Positions 1 through 7,884 of a DNA stretch of 19,366 nucleotides are shown here, in pieces. The stretch lies in NCBI GenBank assembly GCA_044868695.1, contig JBIOWP010000031.1, forward strand, positions 1-19,366, written 5' to 3'. The translations under genes were made by a program, and so were the position numbers. The first letter of the stretch is position 1. The number at the start of each line of letters is the position of its first letter. This stretch comes from a bacterium. GTDB taxonomy: Bacteria > Sysuimicrobiota > Sysuimicrobiia > Sysuimicrobiales > Kaftiobacteriaceae. Under the pieces are notes generated by a model. The model saw only the letters and a program-made list of their open reading frames with translations. It searched no databases and was not told the DNA's origin.

Positions 1-417
1 GCCGCGATTGCCGGCGACAGCGTGAACTATTGGATGGGGAGCGCGGCCGGATCCCGGGTGCTGGCCGGCCGATGGTCGCGCGTCGTGAAGCCGGAGTACC
101 TGGAACGCACACACCGCTTCTACGAACGGTACGGCAGCCTGACGATTGTGCTGGCCCGTTTCGTGCCCGTGGTGCGGACGTTCGCCCCATTTGTGGCTGG
201 CGTCGGAGCGATGGCGTACGGACGTTTCTTCGTGTACAACGTCGTGGGCGGGATCGCGTGGGTCGCGTCGTTCGTCTTCGGCGGCTATGTGTTCGGCAAC
301 ATTCCCGCCGTCCAACGGCACTTTACCCTGGTGGTGGCAGGTATCATCGCGATCTCCATCCTCCCCGCGGTGCTCGAGGTCGTGAAGCACCGGCGCCGGA
401 CGGCGGCCTCGCGCTAA
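1..417 (+). CDS. dedA: DedA/VTT family membrane protein (5'-truncated by window edge)
   Basis: Frame 1 is open from base 1 (AAIAGDSVNYWMG...). Contains the DedA motifs GDxxxY and ARFVPVVRTFAPFVAG plus hydrophobic helices. Stop TAA at 415-417. Confidence 0.92.
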   Translation, partial: AAIAGDSVNYWMGSAAGSRVLAGRWSRVVKPEYLERTHRFYERYGSLTIVLARFVPVVRTFAPFVAGVGAMAYGRFFVYNVVGGIAWVASFVFGGYVFGNIPAVQRHFTLVVAGIIAISILPAVLEVVKHRRRTAASR

Positions 418-477
418 ATTTCGTCCGGGCGGGTTCCGCGGCGCCGGCAGGGGTCCGCGCGCGCAGTGCGAACGTAA

Positions 478-506
478 TTGACAGAGTTTTGCGCAGACGA
501 TACGAT
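478..506 (+). promoter_or_regulatory. sigma70/sigmaA-type promoter for speD
   Basis: TTGACA (478-483), 17-nt spacer, TACGAT (501-506), about 60 nt upstream of the speD ATG. Confidence 0.8.
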
Positions 507-565
507 GTGGCGCGTGTGCAAGGCATCCGGTTCCCGCGTGGAGCCGGGGACGGAGGGAGGTGGGC

Positions 566-1063
566 ATGGACACGATCGGACACCACTACATCGCCGAGGC
601 GTCAGGATGCAAGCCGGACGTCATCGGGAAGGTGGAGACGGTTGAACGCATTCTCGTCAGAGCCGCGGAGATCGCGGGCGTCCAGGTCTGGTCCATCTCC
701 TTTCATCGGTTTAACCCCAACGGCGTGTCCGGAGTCGTCGTCATTTCCGAATCCCACCTGTCCGTACACACGTGGCCGGAGGTCGGCTACGCGGCGCTCG
801 ACATCTTTACCTGCGGCGATGCGGCCAAGCCCGAGAAGGCGGTGCAGTGGGCCCTGCGGGAGTTTGGTGCGAGCAACGTACACATCACTGAGGTGACCCG
901 CGGGTTGGAGGAAGGCGACCGGGTGTTCTTCCACAGCATCGTCACCTGGGAGGAAGAACTGCTGCGCCGGACCGTCAACGGCCAGCGTCCGTCGGGCCGG
1001 TCGACCCTCCGCCGTCCGGTCTCCTCCGGGTCGGCGCGCCGCCAGGGCAAGCCGAAGGCGTAA
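566..1063 (+). CDS. speD: Pyruvoyl-dependent S-adenosylmethionine decarboxylase proenzyme (class 1B SpeD/SpeH family)
   Basis: GVSGVVVISESHLSVHTWPE carries the E-S self-cleavage site; AALDIFTCG follows. SD GGAGG at 556-560 precedes ATG 566, which I prefer over GTG 560. Basic low-complexity C-terminal tail. Confidence 0.92.
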   Translation: MDTIGHHYIAEASGCKPDVIGKVETVERILVRAAEIAGVQVWSISFHRFNPNGVSGVVVISESHLSVHTWPEVGYAALDIFTCGDAAKPEKAVQWALREFGASNVHITEVTRGLEEGDRVFFHSIVTWEEELLRRTVNGQRPSGRSTLRRPVSSGSARRQGKPKA

Positions 1064-1100
1064 ACGGCTCTCTCCGCCTTATACGCAGCGTCACCGCCGT

Positions 1101-4100
1101 GTGACTGGTGTCCTTATGTCCGCCAGGATCCAATCAGTTGAGCGCGCCCTGAAGGACTCGATCAAGGGTGAAGTACGCTTCGACGCGTTTTCCCGCGCCC
1201 TGTACAGCACCGACGCCAGCATCTACCAGATCCTGCCCATCGGCGTCGTCATCCCGACCGACGAGGACGACATCGCCGCCGTGCTCCGGATCGCCGCCGA
1301 CACCGGCACCCCGGTCCTCCCCCGCGGCGGCGGCACCAGTCTGGCCGGGCAATCCATCGGCCATGCGGTCGTCCTGGACTGCTCGAAGTACATGCACCGC
1401 ATCCTCGAGCTTGATCCCGCGGGCCGGCGCGCGCGGGTGCAGCCGGGCGCGGTGCAGGATGACCTGAACCTGGCTGCCCGGCCGCACCGGCTGCGCTTGG
1501 GCCCGGACACGGCGACGAGCAACCGGGCGACCCTGGGCGGCATGATGGGCAACAACTCCTGCGGGGCGCGCTCCATCGTGTACGGCAAGATGATGGATCA
1601 CGTCCAGGCGATGCGGGTGCTGCTGATCGACGGGACCGAACTGCAACTGCGCCGTCCCGCGCCGTCCGGTCCGGGGCGCCGCGGCGCAGACCGTCCCGAC
1701 CTCTGGACTCCCACGGGCCGGGAGGGCGAGATCACTCGGGCCGCCGCCGGCATCGCGCACGACAACCGCGCGCACATCGAGGAGCGCTTCCCGAAGATCC
1801 TCCGGCGCGTCAGCGGGTATAACCTCGACGCCCTGCTGGCGGATCCGACAGATCTGATCAGCCTGCTCGTGGGATCGGAAGGCACGCTGGGCGTCGTCAC
1901 GGAGGCCACGGTCGGGCTCGTGAGCCAACCGGCGCACACGCTGATGGAGGTGGTTCACTTCGCCGACCTGTTCGCCGCGCTGGAAGCCGTGCCGCTGATC
2001 TTGCCCTTTTCGCCCTCGGCGGTGGAATTGATCGACCGCATGGTGCTGGAGATGACCCGGGCGCAGCTGGAGTACGCACGGCGGATGACGTTCGTTGAGG
2101 GCGATCCCGGCGCGCTGCTGCTGGTCGAGCTCTCCGGCGATGATGCCGCAGAGCTGCGGGACCGGCTGCACGCGATGGAGGGAGCGCTCCGGCAGACCGG
2201 CGCGGGCTACGCCTGGGTGCAGGCGGCGAGCGCCGCCGATCAGGATAATATCTGGCGGGTGCGCAAAGCGGGCCAGGGCCTGCTGCAGGGCGTCAAGGGC
2301 GACGCCAAACCGATCACGTTTGTAGAGGACACCGCGGTGCCCCCGCAGCGTCTGGCGCCGTACATGCGCCGGTTTCACGAGGTGCTGGACCGCCACGGGG
2401 TCCGCGCGGCCTTCTACGCGCACGCCAGCGTTGGCTGCATCCACGTCCGCCCGCTGATCAACCTCAAGCAGCGGAAGGACATCGACACGATGAAGGCCAT
2501 CGCCCAGGCCGTGGGCGATCTGGTCATCGAGTTCGGCGGCACGATGAGTGGAGAGCACGGGGACGGCCTGGTCCGCTCATGGTTTGTCGAGCGGTTCTTC
2601 GGCCCACAGGTGTACGCGGCGTTCCGAGCGATCAAGCGGCTGTTTGACCCGCCGGGACTGATGAATCCGGGGAAGATCGTCGACGGGCCCCCGATGGATC
2701 AGTCCCTGCGGTACGGGGCGGACTATAGGACGCAGCCGGTGGCCGCGTACTTCGACTGGTCACGGGAGGGGGGCTTTGCCTCCACGGTCGAGCTGTGCAG
2801 TGGGGTCGGCGCCTGCCGCAAGACGGCCGAGGGGACGATGTGCCCCTCGTACATCGCCACCCGGGAGGAGGAGCACTCGACCCGCGGCCGCGCGAACCTG
2901 CTCCGCGCCGTGCTCTCCGGTGTCCTCCCCCATGCGGAACTGACCGGGCGGCGGCTGTACGAGGCCCTGGACCTGTGTCTGGAGTGCAAGGGCTGCAAGG
3001 CAGAATGCCCGGCCAACGTGGACATGGCCAAACTCAAGTATGAATTTCTCGCCCAGTATTACCGGGTTCACGGACTTCCGCTGCGGGCCCGGATGTTCGG
3101 CCGGTACCGGACCGTGAGCCGGCTCGGCTCGGCGGTCGCCCCCATCTCCACGTGGGCAGCGCGCCTGGCGCCTGCGCGCTGGGCGCTGGACCGCTTCGCC
3201 GGCATCGACCGCCGGCGCCCGCTGCCCCCGTTTGCGCGCCCCAACTTTCTGACCTGGTGGAACAGACGGGAACGCGGAAATGCGGGAACGCGGGAGCGCG
3301 CGTCCGGCATGCCGCAGTGGCGATCGAGGGGACCGGTGGCGCTGTTCGCCGACACCTTCATGATCTACAACTATCCTGAAATCGGGCGGGCGGCGGTCGA
3401 GGTGCTGGAGCATCTCGGGTACGAAGTGGAGCTGGCTCCTCCCGTGTGCTGCGGCCGCACGATGATCAGCAAAGGCCTGCTGCGCGAGGCACAGGAGGCG
3501 GCACGGCGCAGTGTGGAGGCGCTGCGGCCGCTGCTGGAGCGCGGCGTGCCGATCATCGGCTGCGAACCGAGCTGCCTGCTGACGTTCCGGGATGAAATCC
3601 CCGACCTCGTGGCAGGCGATGATGCCCGCGCGCTCGCGCGCCGGGTCCGGCTCATTGATGAGTTTCTGGCCGAGGAGCATCGCCAGCACGACCTTCCGCT
3701 GGCCGGTAGGGCGGGACAGGCCCGCGGAGGCGCCGCGGGGCGCACAGTGCTCTTCCACGGCCACTGCCATCAAAAGGCGCTGGCCGGAACGGCGGCGGCG
3801 CAGGAGGTCCTGCGCGCCGCAGGGTTCACCGTCCAGGTCGCCGATACCGGCTGCTGCGGGATGGCCGGGTCTTTTGGATACGAGCGGGAGCACTACGACA
3901 TCTCGATGACAGTCGGGGAACACCGCCTCTTGCCGGCCGTGCGGCGCCTCCCGGACGAGGCGGCGGTGGTCGCGATGGGCGTGTCCTGCCGGCAGCAGAT
4001 CGCGCACGGCACGGGGCGCCGGGCGCTGCATCTGGCGGAGCTGCTCGCGCAGACCTTTACCGACGGCAACGCGGGAACGCGGGAACAGGGGAACGGGGGC

Positions 4101-4112
4101 GAGGTCAGATAG
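1101..4112 (+). CDS. FAD-binding (PCMH) / 4Fe-4S / CCG-domain oxidoreductase; D-2-hydroxyacid dehydrogenase type (GlcD+GlcF/YdiJ-like fusion)
   Basis: RGGGTSLAGQ, GSEGTLG, SGEHGDG and NPGKI mark the FAD-linked oxidase part. CSGVGAC..MCP and CLECKGCKAECP are ferredoxin motifs. Two CCG motifs (VCCGR, GCCGMAG). Start is either GTG 1101 or ATG 1116. Substrate cannot be determined. Confidence 0.9.
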   Translation: MTGVLMSARIQSVERALKDSIKGEVRFDAFSRALYSTDASIYQILPIGVVIPTDEDDIAAVLRIAADTGTPVLPRGGGTSLAGQSIGHAVVLDCSKYMHRILELDPAGRRARVQPGAVQDDLNLAARPHRLRLGPDTATSNRATLGGMMGNNSCGARSIVYGKMMDHVQAMRVLLIDGTELQLRRPAPSGPGRRGADRPDLWTPTGREGEITRAAAGIAHDNRAHIEERFPKILRRVSGYNLDALLADPTDLISLLVGSEGTLGVVTEATVGLVSQPAHTLMEVVHFADLFAALEAVPLILPFSPSAVELIDRMVLEMTRAQLEYARRMTFVEGDPGALLLVELSGDDAAELRDRLHAMEGALRQTGAGYAWVQAASAADQDNIWRVRKAGQGLLQGVKGDAKPITFVEDTAVPPQRLAPYMRRFHEVLDRHGVRAAFYAHASVGCIHVRPLINLKQRKDIDTMKAIAQAVGDLVIEFGGTMSGEHGDGLVRSWFVERFFGPQVYAAFRAIKRLFDPPGLMNPGKIVDGPPMDQSLRYGADYRTQPVAAYFDWSREGGFASTVELCSGVGACRKTAEGTMCPSYIATREEEHSTRGRANLLRAVLSGVLPHAELTGRRLYEALDLCLECKGCKAECPANVDMAKLKYEFLAQYYRVHGLPLRARMFGRYRTVSRLGSAVAPISTWAARLAPARWALDRFAGIDRRRPLPPFARPNFLTWWNRRERGNAGTRERASGMPQWRSRGPVALFADTFMIYNYPEIGRAAVEVLEHLGYEVELAPPVCCGRTMISKGLLREAQEAARRSVEALRPLLERGVPIIGCEPSCLLTFRDEIPDLVAGDDARALARRVRLIDEFLAEEHRQHDLPLAGRAGQARGGAAGRTVLFHGHCHQKALAGTAAAQEVLRAAGFTVQVADTGCCGMAGSFGYEREHYDISMTVGEHRLLPAVRRLPDEAAVVAMGVSCRQQIAHGTGRRALHLAELLAQTFTDGNAGTREQGNGGEVR
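3266..3297 (+). repeat. Degenerate 8-mer tandem array (consensus GCGGGAAC x4) inside the oxidoreductase ORF
   Basis: ACGGGAAC GCGGAAAT GCGGGAAC GCGGGAGC, translated within RRERGNAGTRERA. Confidence 0.75.
4063..4094 (+). repeat. 8-mer tandem array (NNGGGAAC x4) at the 3' end of the oxidoreductase
   Basis: ACGGCAAC GCGGGAAC GCGGGAAC AGGGGAAC. A degenerate inverted array lies at 4164-4195. Confidence 0.8.
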
Positions 4113-5351
4113 ATGTATGACAGTGACCTCAGCACCGACGTAGCGACCGAAGGGAGTGCTCGCGTTTCGACGCTCCCGCGCGTCCGCGCCTCCGGCATCG
4201 ACCGGCGCCTGCTCCTGTCCGCGACGGCCGCCCACTTCCTCAACGATTTCCATGTGGCGTTTCTGGCGCCGCTGCTGCCCCTCGTCGTGTCGAAGTTTCG
4301 CCTGTCGCTGGTCCTGGCGGGATTTCTCGCCACCGTGCTGACCACATCCGCGGCGATGTCGCAGCCGCTGTTTGGCGCGATTGCCGATCGCCTGCGGCGG
4401 AGATCGTTCGTGGTGCTCGGTCCGGCGCTGACCGTGCTGGCGATGGGACTGATGGGTCTGGCCCCAACATACACCTGGCTGATCGCCCTGCTGCTGATTG
4501 CCGGGACCGGGACCGCCTCGTTCCACCCGCAGGGCGCCTCCACCGCCGGGGAAGCCAGCGGGCGGCGAAAAGGCGCGGGGCTCTCTCTCTTTGTGGCGGG
4601 TGGCGAGCTGGGGTACTCGCTGGGACCGCTCATGATCGCCCTTGCCGTTGCCGCCTGGGGCCTGGAAGCAACGTGGAAGGTTTCATTGCCGGGGCTCCTG
4701 GCCTGTCTGCTGCTGTGGCGGGTGATCCCGTCGCGGCGCGATCCGCCGGTCAGGCTGGAAGGTCAGACGCTGCGGGCCGATCTTGTGGGGGCGATGGGTC
4801 CGCTCGCGGTGCTCTGGTTCATCGTGGTCCTGCGCAGCATCATCATTTCAGCGTACCAGACGTTCCTGCCCCTGCTGCTGAATCAGCGGGGCGGCTCGAT
4901 CGTCGCGGGAGGGGCGGCGGTGTTTCTGTTCGGCGGACTGGGCGCACTCGGCGGCGTGTCGGGCGGGCTGCTGTCCGACCGCGTCGGGCGCCGCACAATG
5001 CTGGCGGTCTCACTGGTGCTGGGGACGCCGCTCCTGCTGGCTTTCATGCACACGCAGGGCCCGTGGGCCTACGTGTACCTGGCGGCGGGCGGAATCGCGC
5101 TGTACTTGTCCGCTGCCGTCACCATCGTGATGGCGCAAGAGCTGCTGCCCCACCGGGCCGGCGTCGCCAGCAGCATCGTGATGGGGCTCGCGTGGGGGAC
5201 GGCCGGGATTTCGCTGACGGGGATTGGCGCGCTCGCCGATGCCGTGGGCCTGAGCCGCGCGTTGATGCTGGTCCTGCTCCTCGCGGTTCCCGCCCTCGTC
5301 GCGGTGGCGGCGCTGCCAAAGCAAAGACGGGACGACCTTGGCCTTACCTAA
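4113..5351 (+). CDS. Major facilitator superfamily transporter (Fsr/fosmidomycin-resistance-like subfamily)
   Basis: About 12 hydrophobic segments. Motifs HFLND..FLAPLLP, SQPLFGAIADRLRRR, FHPQG and GLLSDRVGRR (MFS motif A twice). ATG directly abuts the upstream TAG. Confidence 0.9.
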   Translation: MYDSDLSTDVATEGSARVSTLPRVRASGIDRRLLLSATAAHFLNDFHVAFLAPLLPLVVSKFRLSLVLAGFLATVLTTSAAMSQPLFGAIADRLRRRSFVVLGPALTVLAMGLMGLAPTYTWLIALLLIAGTGTASFHPQGASTAGEASGRRKGAGLSLFVAGGELGYSLGPLMIALAVAAWGLEATWKVSLPGLLACLLLWRVIPSRRDPPVRLEGQTLRADLVGAMGPLAVLWFIVVLRSIIISAYQTFLPLLLNQRGGSIVAGGAAVFLFGGLGALGGVSGGLLSDRVGRRTMLAVSLVLGTPLLLAFMHTQGPWAYVYLAAGGIALYLSAAVTIVMAQELLPHRAGVASSIVMGLAWGTAGISLTGIGALADAVGLSRALMLVLLLAVPALVAVAALPKQRRDDLGLT

Positions 5352-5376
5352 TCCCTACTCCCCAATCCCTAATCCC
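5349..5376 (-). repeat. 7-mer tandem array (minus strand GGGATTA GGGATTG GGGAGTA GGGATTA)
   Basis: Plus strand reads TAATCCC TACTCCC CAATCCC TAATCCC between the convergent MFS and VOC genes. The first unit supplies the MFS TAA stop. Confidence 0.9.
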
Positions 5377-5387
5377 GCCGTTTCGTG

Positions 5388-5732
5388 TTAGGCTTCCGGC
5401 TCGAACAGCTCGATGATGTTCCCGTCGGGATCGGCCAGCTGGGCCATTCGGCCGCTGTCGACGGTGCGCGGGGGCGTGAGCACCTTGGCCCCGCGCCGCT
5501 TCGCGTCGTTAAAGACGACCTCCAGGTCGGCGACCTGGAAGGTCACCTGCGTCGTGCCGGTCCCGCCTGGCTGTCCCCGAGGCCGGACCGCGAGGGTGAC
5601 GCCGTCCGTTCGAAACTCGGCCGACTTCTCTGATTTCGTAATGACGGGCAGCCCGAGCACGTAGGAGTAGAAATTCAGCGCCTTCTTCATATCCGAGACC
5701 AGAATGGCGACCTGCATGAGCTGGTCCAGCAT
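5388..5732 (-). CDS. VOC (glyoxalase/bleomycin-resistance) family protein
   Basis: QVAILVSDMKKALNFY..VLGL, VTFQVADL and DPDGNIIELFE. GGAGGTG lies upstream. Confidence 0.88.
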   Translation of the reverse strand: MLDQLMQVAILVSDMKKALNFYSYVLGLPVITKSEKSAEFRTDGVTLAVRPRGQPGGTGTTQVTFQVADLEVVFNDAKRRGAKVLTPPRTVDSGRMAQLADPDGNIIELFEPEA

Positions 5733-5770
5733 CGGGCTTCCCGCTCACCTCCACAAGGGGAACGGTCTGC

Positions 5771-6031
5771 TCACCGTGTCGGCCCCTCGATCGGCGTGAC
5801 CACGCACGTCGTGGTTCTGGTGACCCCAGGCGCCTGCTGAATGCGCGAGACGATCAACCGGCCCAGCGCGTCCATACTGGAGGCTTCCACGAACGCGATG
5901 ACGTCGGTGGGACCGGTAACCGCGTGCGCGGAGCTGACGCCGGGCGTGGCCATGATGTGGGCAAGCGCCTCCCCGGCCTGGCCGGGCATGGTCCGCACCA
6001 GGACGTAGGCCTGCACAGCCACTGTTTCCAC
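5771..6031 (-). CDS. Stand-alone Lrp/AsnC ligand-binding (RAM) domain protein
   Basis: AYVLV..PG, AHAVTGPTDVIAFVEA and I...PGVTRTTTCVV. 86 aa with no HTH domain. Confidence 0.85.
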   Translation of the reverse strand: METVAVQAYVLVRTMPGQAGEALAHIMATPGVSSAHAVTGPTDVIAFVEASSMDALGRLIVSRIQQAPGVTRTTTCVVTPIEGPTR

Positions 6032-6049
6032 CCCTTCCGCGTCCCTCCT

Positions 6050-6319
6050 CTAACGATACGCGGCCTGGACCATGACGTCGACCACCACCCGCTGGATCGC
6101 GGACAGCAGCAGGAAGGCGATCAGCGGCGACAGATCCAATCCGCCCACGGGCGGGACGGCACGCCGGATCGGGTCGAGGATAGGGGAGGTGAACCGGTGT
6201 ATGGCGCGCACGGCGGGGTGGGAGGGGTCAACTCCCGGGACCCAGCTCAGAACGACACGGGCCAGGAGGAGGACGTACAGGATTTGGAATGTCCACTGGA
6301 CGAGAGTGATCGGAGTCAC
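6050..6319 (-). CDS. yggT: YggT/YlmG family membrane protein
   Basis: LLLARVVLSW..P..HP....T.PILDPIRR.VPPVGGLDLSPLIA. SD AGGAG precedes the GTG start. Confidence 0.92.
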   Translation of the reverse strand: MTPITLVQWTFQILYVLLLARVVLSWVPGVDPSHPAVRAIHRFTSPILDPIRRAVPPVGGLDLSPLIAFLLLSAIQRVVVDVMVQAAYR

Positions 6320-6391
6320 GGCCGTCTCCTGTTCTGCGGTCCGCCCGGGTTCCTATTCGACCTGCGGAAGGGTCGTTTCCTGTCCGAAGGG

Positions 6392-6420
6392 AAAACACCG
6401 CCGGGGTGTCCCCGGCGGTG
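6392..6420 (-). terminator. Intrinsic terminator downstream of the cold-shock gene
   Basis: Perfect 11-bp stem CACCGCCGGGG / CCCCGGCGGTG with a 3-nt loop, followed by TTTT on the minus strand, about 25 nt after the csp stop. Confidence 0.85.
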
Positions 6421-6444
6421 CTCGGTACAGCATCGCTCGCGAGC

Positions 6445-6645
6445 CTAGAGCGGGACGACGTTTGCGGCCTGCGGGCCCTTCTTGCCATCGACGATGTCGA
6501 ACTGAACCTGCTGGCCTTCCTGAAGGGTCCGGAATCCTTCCTGCTGGATCGCGCTGTAGTGGACAAACACGTCCTTGCCGCCTTCCACGGAGATGAAGCC
6601 GTAGCCCTTCTCCGCGTTGAACCACTTCACCGTGCCGGTCGTCAT
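6445..6645 (-). CDS. cspA: Cold-shock protein (CspA family; exact paralog not assignable)
   Basis: [15 protein letters not shown] (RNP1), DVFVHYSAI (RNP2) and GPQAANV. SD AAGGAG upstream. Confidence 0.97.
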   Translation of the reverse strand: MTTGTVKWFNAEKGYGFISVEGGKDVFVHYSAIQQEGFRTLQEGQQVQFDIVDGKKGPQAANVVPL

Positions 6646-6713
6646 TGCTGCCGTGCTCCTTTCCTTGCGGTCGTACAGATAGCGTCACGTTCCGTGCCGT
6701 ACCTGTCCCGCCG

Positions 6714-6743
6714 AGAGTAGCATGCACAATTCCCGTCTGTCAA
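6714..6743 (-). promoter_or_regulatory. sigma70-type promoter for csp (extended -10)
   Basis: Minus strand reads TTGACA (6743-6738), an 18-nt spacer ending TGC, then TACTCT (6719-6714). Confidence 0.7.
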
Positions 6744-6770
6744 CACGACACGGCCGCGCGGGGCGGCGTC

Positions 6771-6799
6771 TTGACTTGACCCCGATAGCATGTTATATA
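6771..6799 (+). promoter_or_regulatory. sigma70-type promoter for the SAM-riboswitch leader
   Basis: TTGACT (6771-6776), a 17-nt spacer ending TGT, then TATATA (6794-6799), about 20 nt before the aptamer. Divergent from the csp promoter. Confidence 0.6.
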
Positions 6800-6820
6800 G
6801 GAAGGCAAATTGCATACGCG

Positions 6821-6920
6821 CTCTTATCGAGAGTGGGTGAGGGACGGGCCCGATGACCCCCGGCAGCCTGCACGCGTGTAAGGTGCCAACTCCCGCGGAA
6901 CCAATTCCGACAGATAAGAG
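6821..6920 (+). ncRNA. SAM-I (S-box) riboswitch aptamer
   Basis: P1 is CTCTTATC / GATAAGAG. Conserved ATC-GAGAG, GAGGGA..GGCCC.ATGA kink-turn P2, GGCAGCC..AGGTGCCAA.TCC in P3 and J3/4, and a CGGAA/TTCCG P4 hairpin. Confidence 0.95.
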
Positions 6921-6928
6921 GGAGTCGC

Positions 6929-6961
6929 ACCCCTCCAGGAATTGGGGAGGGGTATTTTGTT
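6929..6961 (+). terminator. Riboswitch-controlled intrinsic terminator (expression platform)
   Basis: Stem ACCCCTCC (6929-6936) / GGAGGGGT (6946-6953), then ATTTTGTT. GAGGGAGT (6918-6925, overlapping the P1 3' strand) can pair with ACCCCTC as an antiterminator. Confidence 0.8.
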
Positions 6962-6976
6962 GCCAGTCACCGCCGC

Positions 6977-7873
6977 ATGGTAAGCGTCAAGGTTCCGGCG
7001 ACGATCGCCAACTGGGGGCCGGCGTTCGATGCGCTGGGGGTCGCAGTCACCGTCTACAACAGCGTTCAGGTCGACGTGTCGTCCTCGCCGCGGGTGCAGG
7101 TGGCCGGATTCGGCGAGGGAGTGTTGCCGGAGGGGCCGGAAAATCTCGTCTACCGCGCCGCCGCGTCGGTGGCGCAGCTGGCCGGGCGGACGGCTGCGTT
7201 TGCGGTCCGCTGCGAGAACCGTATTCCGCCGGGCTGCGGATTGGGGAGCAGCGCCGCGGCCATCGTCGCCGGGGCGGTGTCCGCCAACGAGGCGTTGGGA
7301 CGGCCGCTGGCGCGCGACGCGCTCCTCGATCTTGCCTGGCGGCTGGAGGGCCACCCGGACAATGTTGCGCCGGCGCTGCTTGGTGGGGCGGTGCTGACCG
7401 ATGCGGCGGACGGCACGCTGCGGTGGACCCGCATCGTCCCCGTGTGGGATGCCGCGCTGGTCGTGGTGATCCCGGAGTTCTCGGTGGCCACCGACCGAGC
7501 GCGGGCGGTCCTGCCGGCGTCTGTGCCGTTTGCCGATGCGGTGGCCAACGTGAGCCGCACCGCGTGGCTGATCGCAGCGCTGTTGACCGGGCGGGCTGAG
7601 CTCTTGGGGACCGGCATGGACGACCGGCTGCACCAGCCCTACCGGCGGGACCTGGTGCCCGGGATGGAACGGGTCTTTGCCGCGGCGCGCGACGCAGGGG
7701 CCCACGGGGCGGCCCTCTGCGGCAGTGGGCCGTCGGTCCTGGCGGTCTCCCCGCCGGCGAGAGCCGACGACGTCGGAGCACGGATGGTGGATGCGTTCCG
7801 CGCCGCGGGGCATGAGGCGAGCTACCGGCAGGTTGGTATCGACGGGCAGGGAGCGACCGTAGAAGCGCAGTAG
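6977..7873 (+). CDS. thrB: Homoserine kinase (GHMP family)
   Basis: VKVPATIANWGPAFDALG, IPPGCGLGSSAAA (GHMP ATP loop), EGHPDNVAPALLGG, DRLHQPYR and LCGSGPSV. Confidence 0.95.
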   Translation: MVSVKVPATIANWGPAFDALGVAVTVYNSVQVDVSSSPRVQVAGFGEGVLPEGPENLVYRAAASVAQLAGRTAAFAVRCENRIPPGCGLGSSAAAIVAGAVSANEALGRPLARDALLDLAWRLEGHPDNVAPALLGGAVLTDAADGTLRWTRIVPVWDAALVVVIPEFSVATDRARAVLPASVPFADAVANVSRTAWLIAALLTGRAELLGTGMDDRLHQPYRRDLVPGMERVFAAARDAGAHGAALCGSGPSVLAVSPPARADDVGARMVDAFRAAGHEASYRQVGIDGQGATVEAQ

Positions 7874-7884
7874 GGGGGAGACCA

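Noticed and set aside
1090..1099. GTCACCGCCG lies one base before both the GTG at 1101 and the thrB ATG (6966-6975), suggesting a shared non-SD initiation motif
   Set aside because: TCACCGCCG also occurs inside coding regions (e.g. near 9642 and 14784), the 1101 start is uncertain, and two post-hoc instances in GC-rich DNA are insufficient.
1134..4526. Long minus-strand ORFs (1134-2558, 474 aa; 2760-4526, 588 aa)
   Set aside because: Antisense shadows of the well-supported oxidoreductase and MFS genes; expected in high-GC DNA, with no recognisable motifs.
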